Program-made: the position numbers and the translations under genes
Notes under the pieces: generated by a model
Told to the model about the DNA's origin: nothing
Database searches by the model: none
The model's input: the letters and a program-made list of their open reading frames with translations, nothing else
DNA from: Mobula hypostoma
Taxonomy: Eukaryota
Reading direction: 5' to 3'
DNA: 64,000 nt
Assembly (NCBI RefSeq): GCF_963921235.1
Contig: NC_086120.1
Span: 8,184,001-8,248,000 of the forward strand
Shown here: positions 63,901 through 64,000 of the stretch, one piece after another
How the letters are laid out: each line of letters opens with the position of its first letter
How positions within the stretch are numbered: position 1 is the first letter of the stretch

Positions 63901-64000
63901 TAGCAAATCAAATACAGCCTCTCCTCTTATAGGCTTATCTACATATTGTGTCAAGAAACCTTCCTCAATACACCTAACAAACTCCACCCCAGCTAAACCC
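60960..64000 (-). mobile_element. CR1 ORF2 (runs off the window), with SINE-like copy 4 at 62833-63455
   Basis: Minus ORFs 61538-62062 (NFADDTKVGG), 62460-62789 and 63525-63710. Confidence 0.9.

Overview
Eukaryotic, repeat-dense vertebrate DNA. The CR1, Penelope-like and Rex1 repeat families and the cluster-type Ig light-chain gene point to a cartilaginous fish, probably a ray (inference). Most of the window is fragmented or nested transposable elements: CR1, Rex1/Babar, RTE and L1 LINEs, Penelope-like GIY-YIG retroelements, Gypsy LTR elements, hAT and Tigger-like DNA transposons, and SINEs. Four things stand out against this background. (1) A CpG-rich ~1.2 kb segment (~31050-32263, minus strand) whose decayed translation lines up by eye with polyomavirus major capsid protein VP1; this is a candidate germline endogenous polyomavirus-like element and the top finding. 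(2) A germline-joined VJ exon plus C exon of a sigma-like Ig light chain (25497-27442); the V is pseudogenised, the C is open, and a full-length CR1 occupies the position of the leader/promoter. (3) An orphan cathepsin L/S/K-type exon (17153-17318, minus). (4) An old ~10 kb segmental duplication (~4180-14466 vs ~37510-48100), recognisable from a shared chain of nested TE junctions. All family calls come from motif recognition without database searches. TE boundaries are approximate unless a TSD or LTR end is cited.
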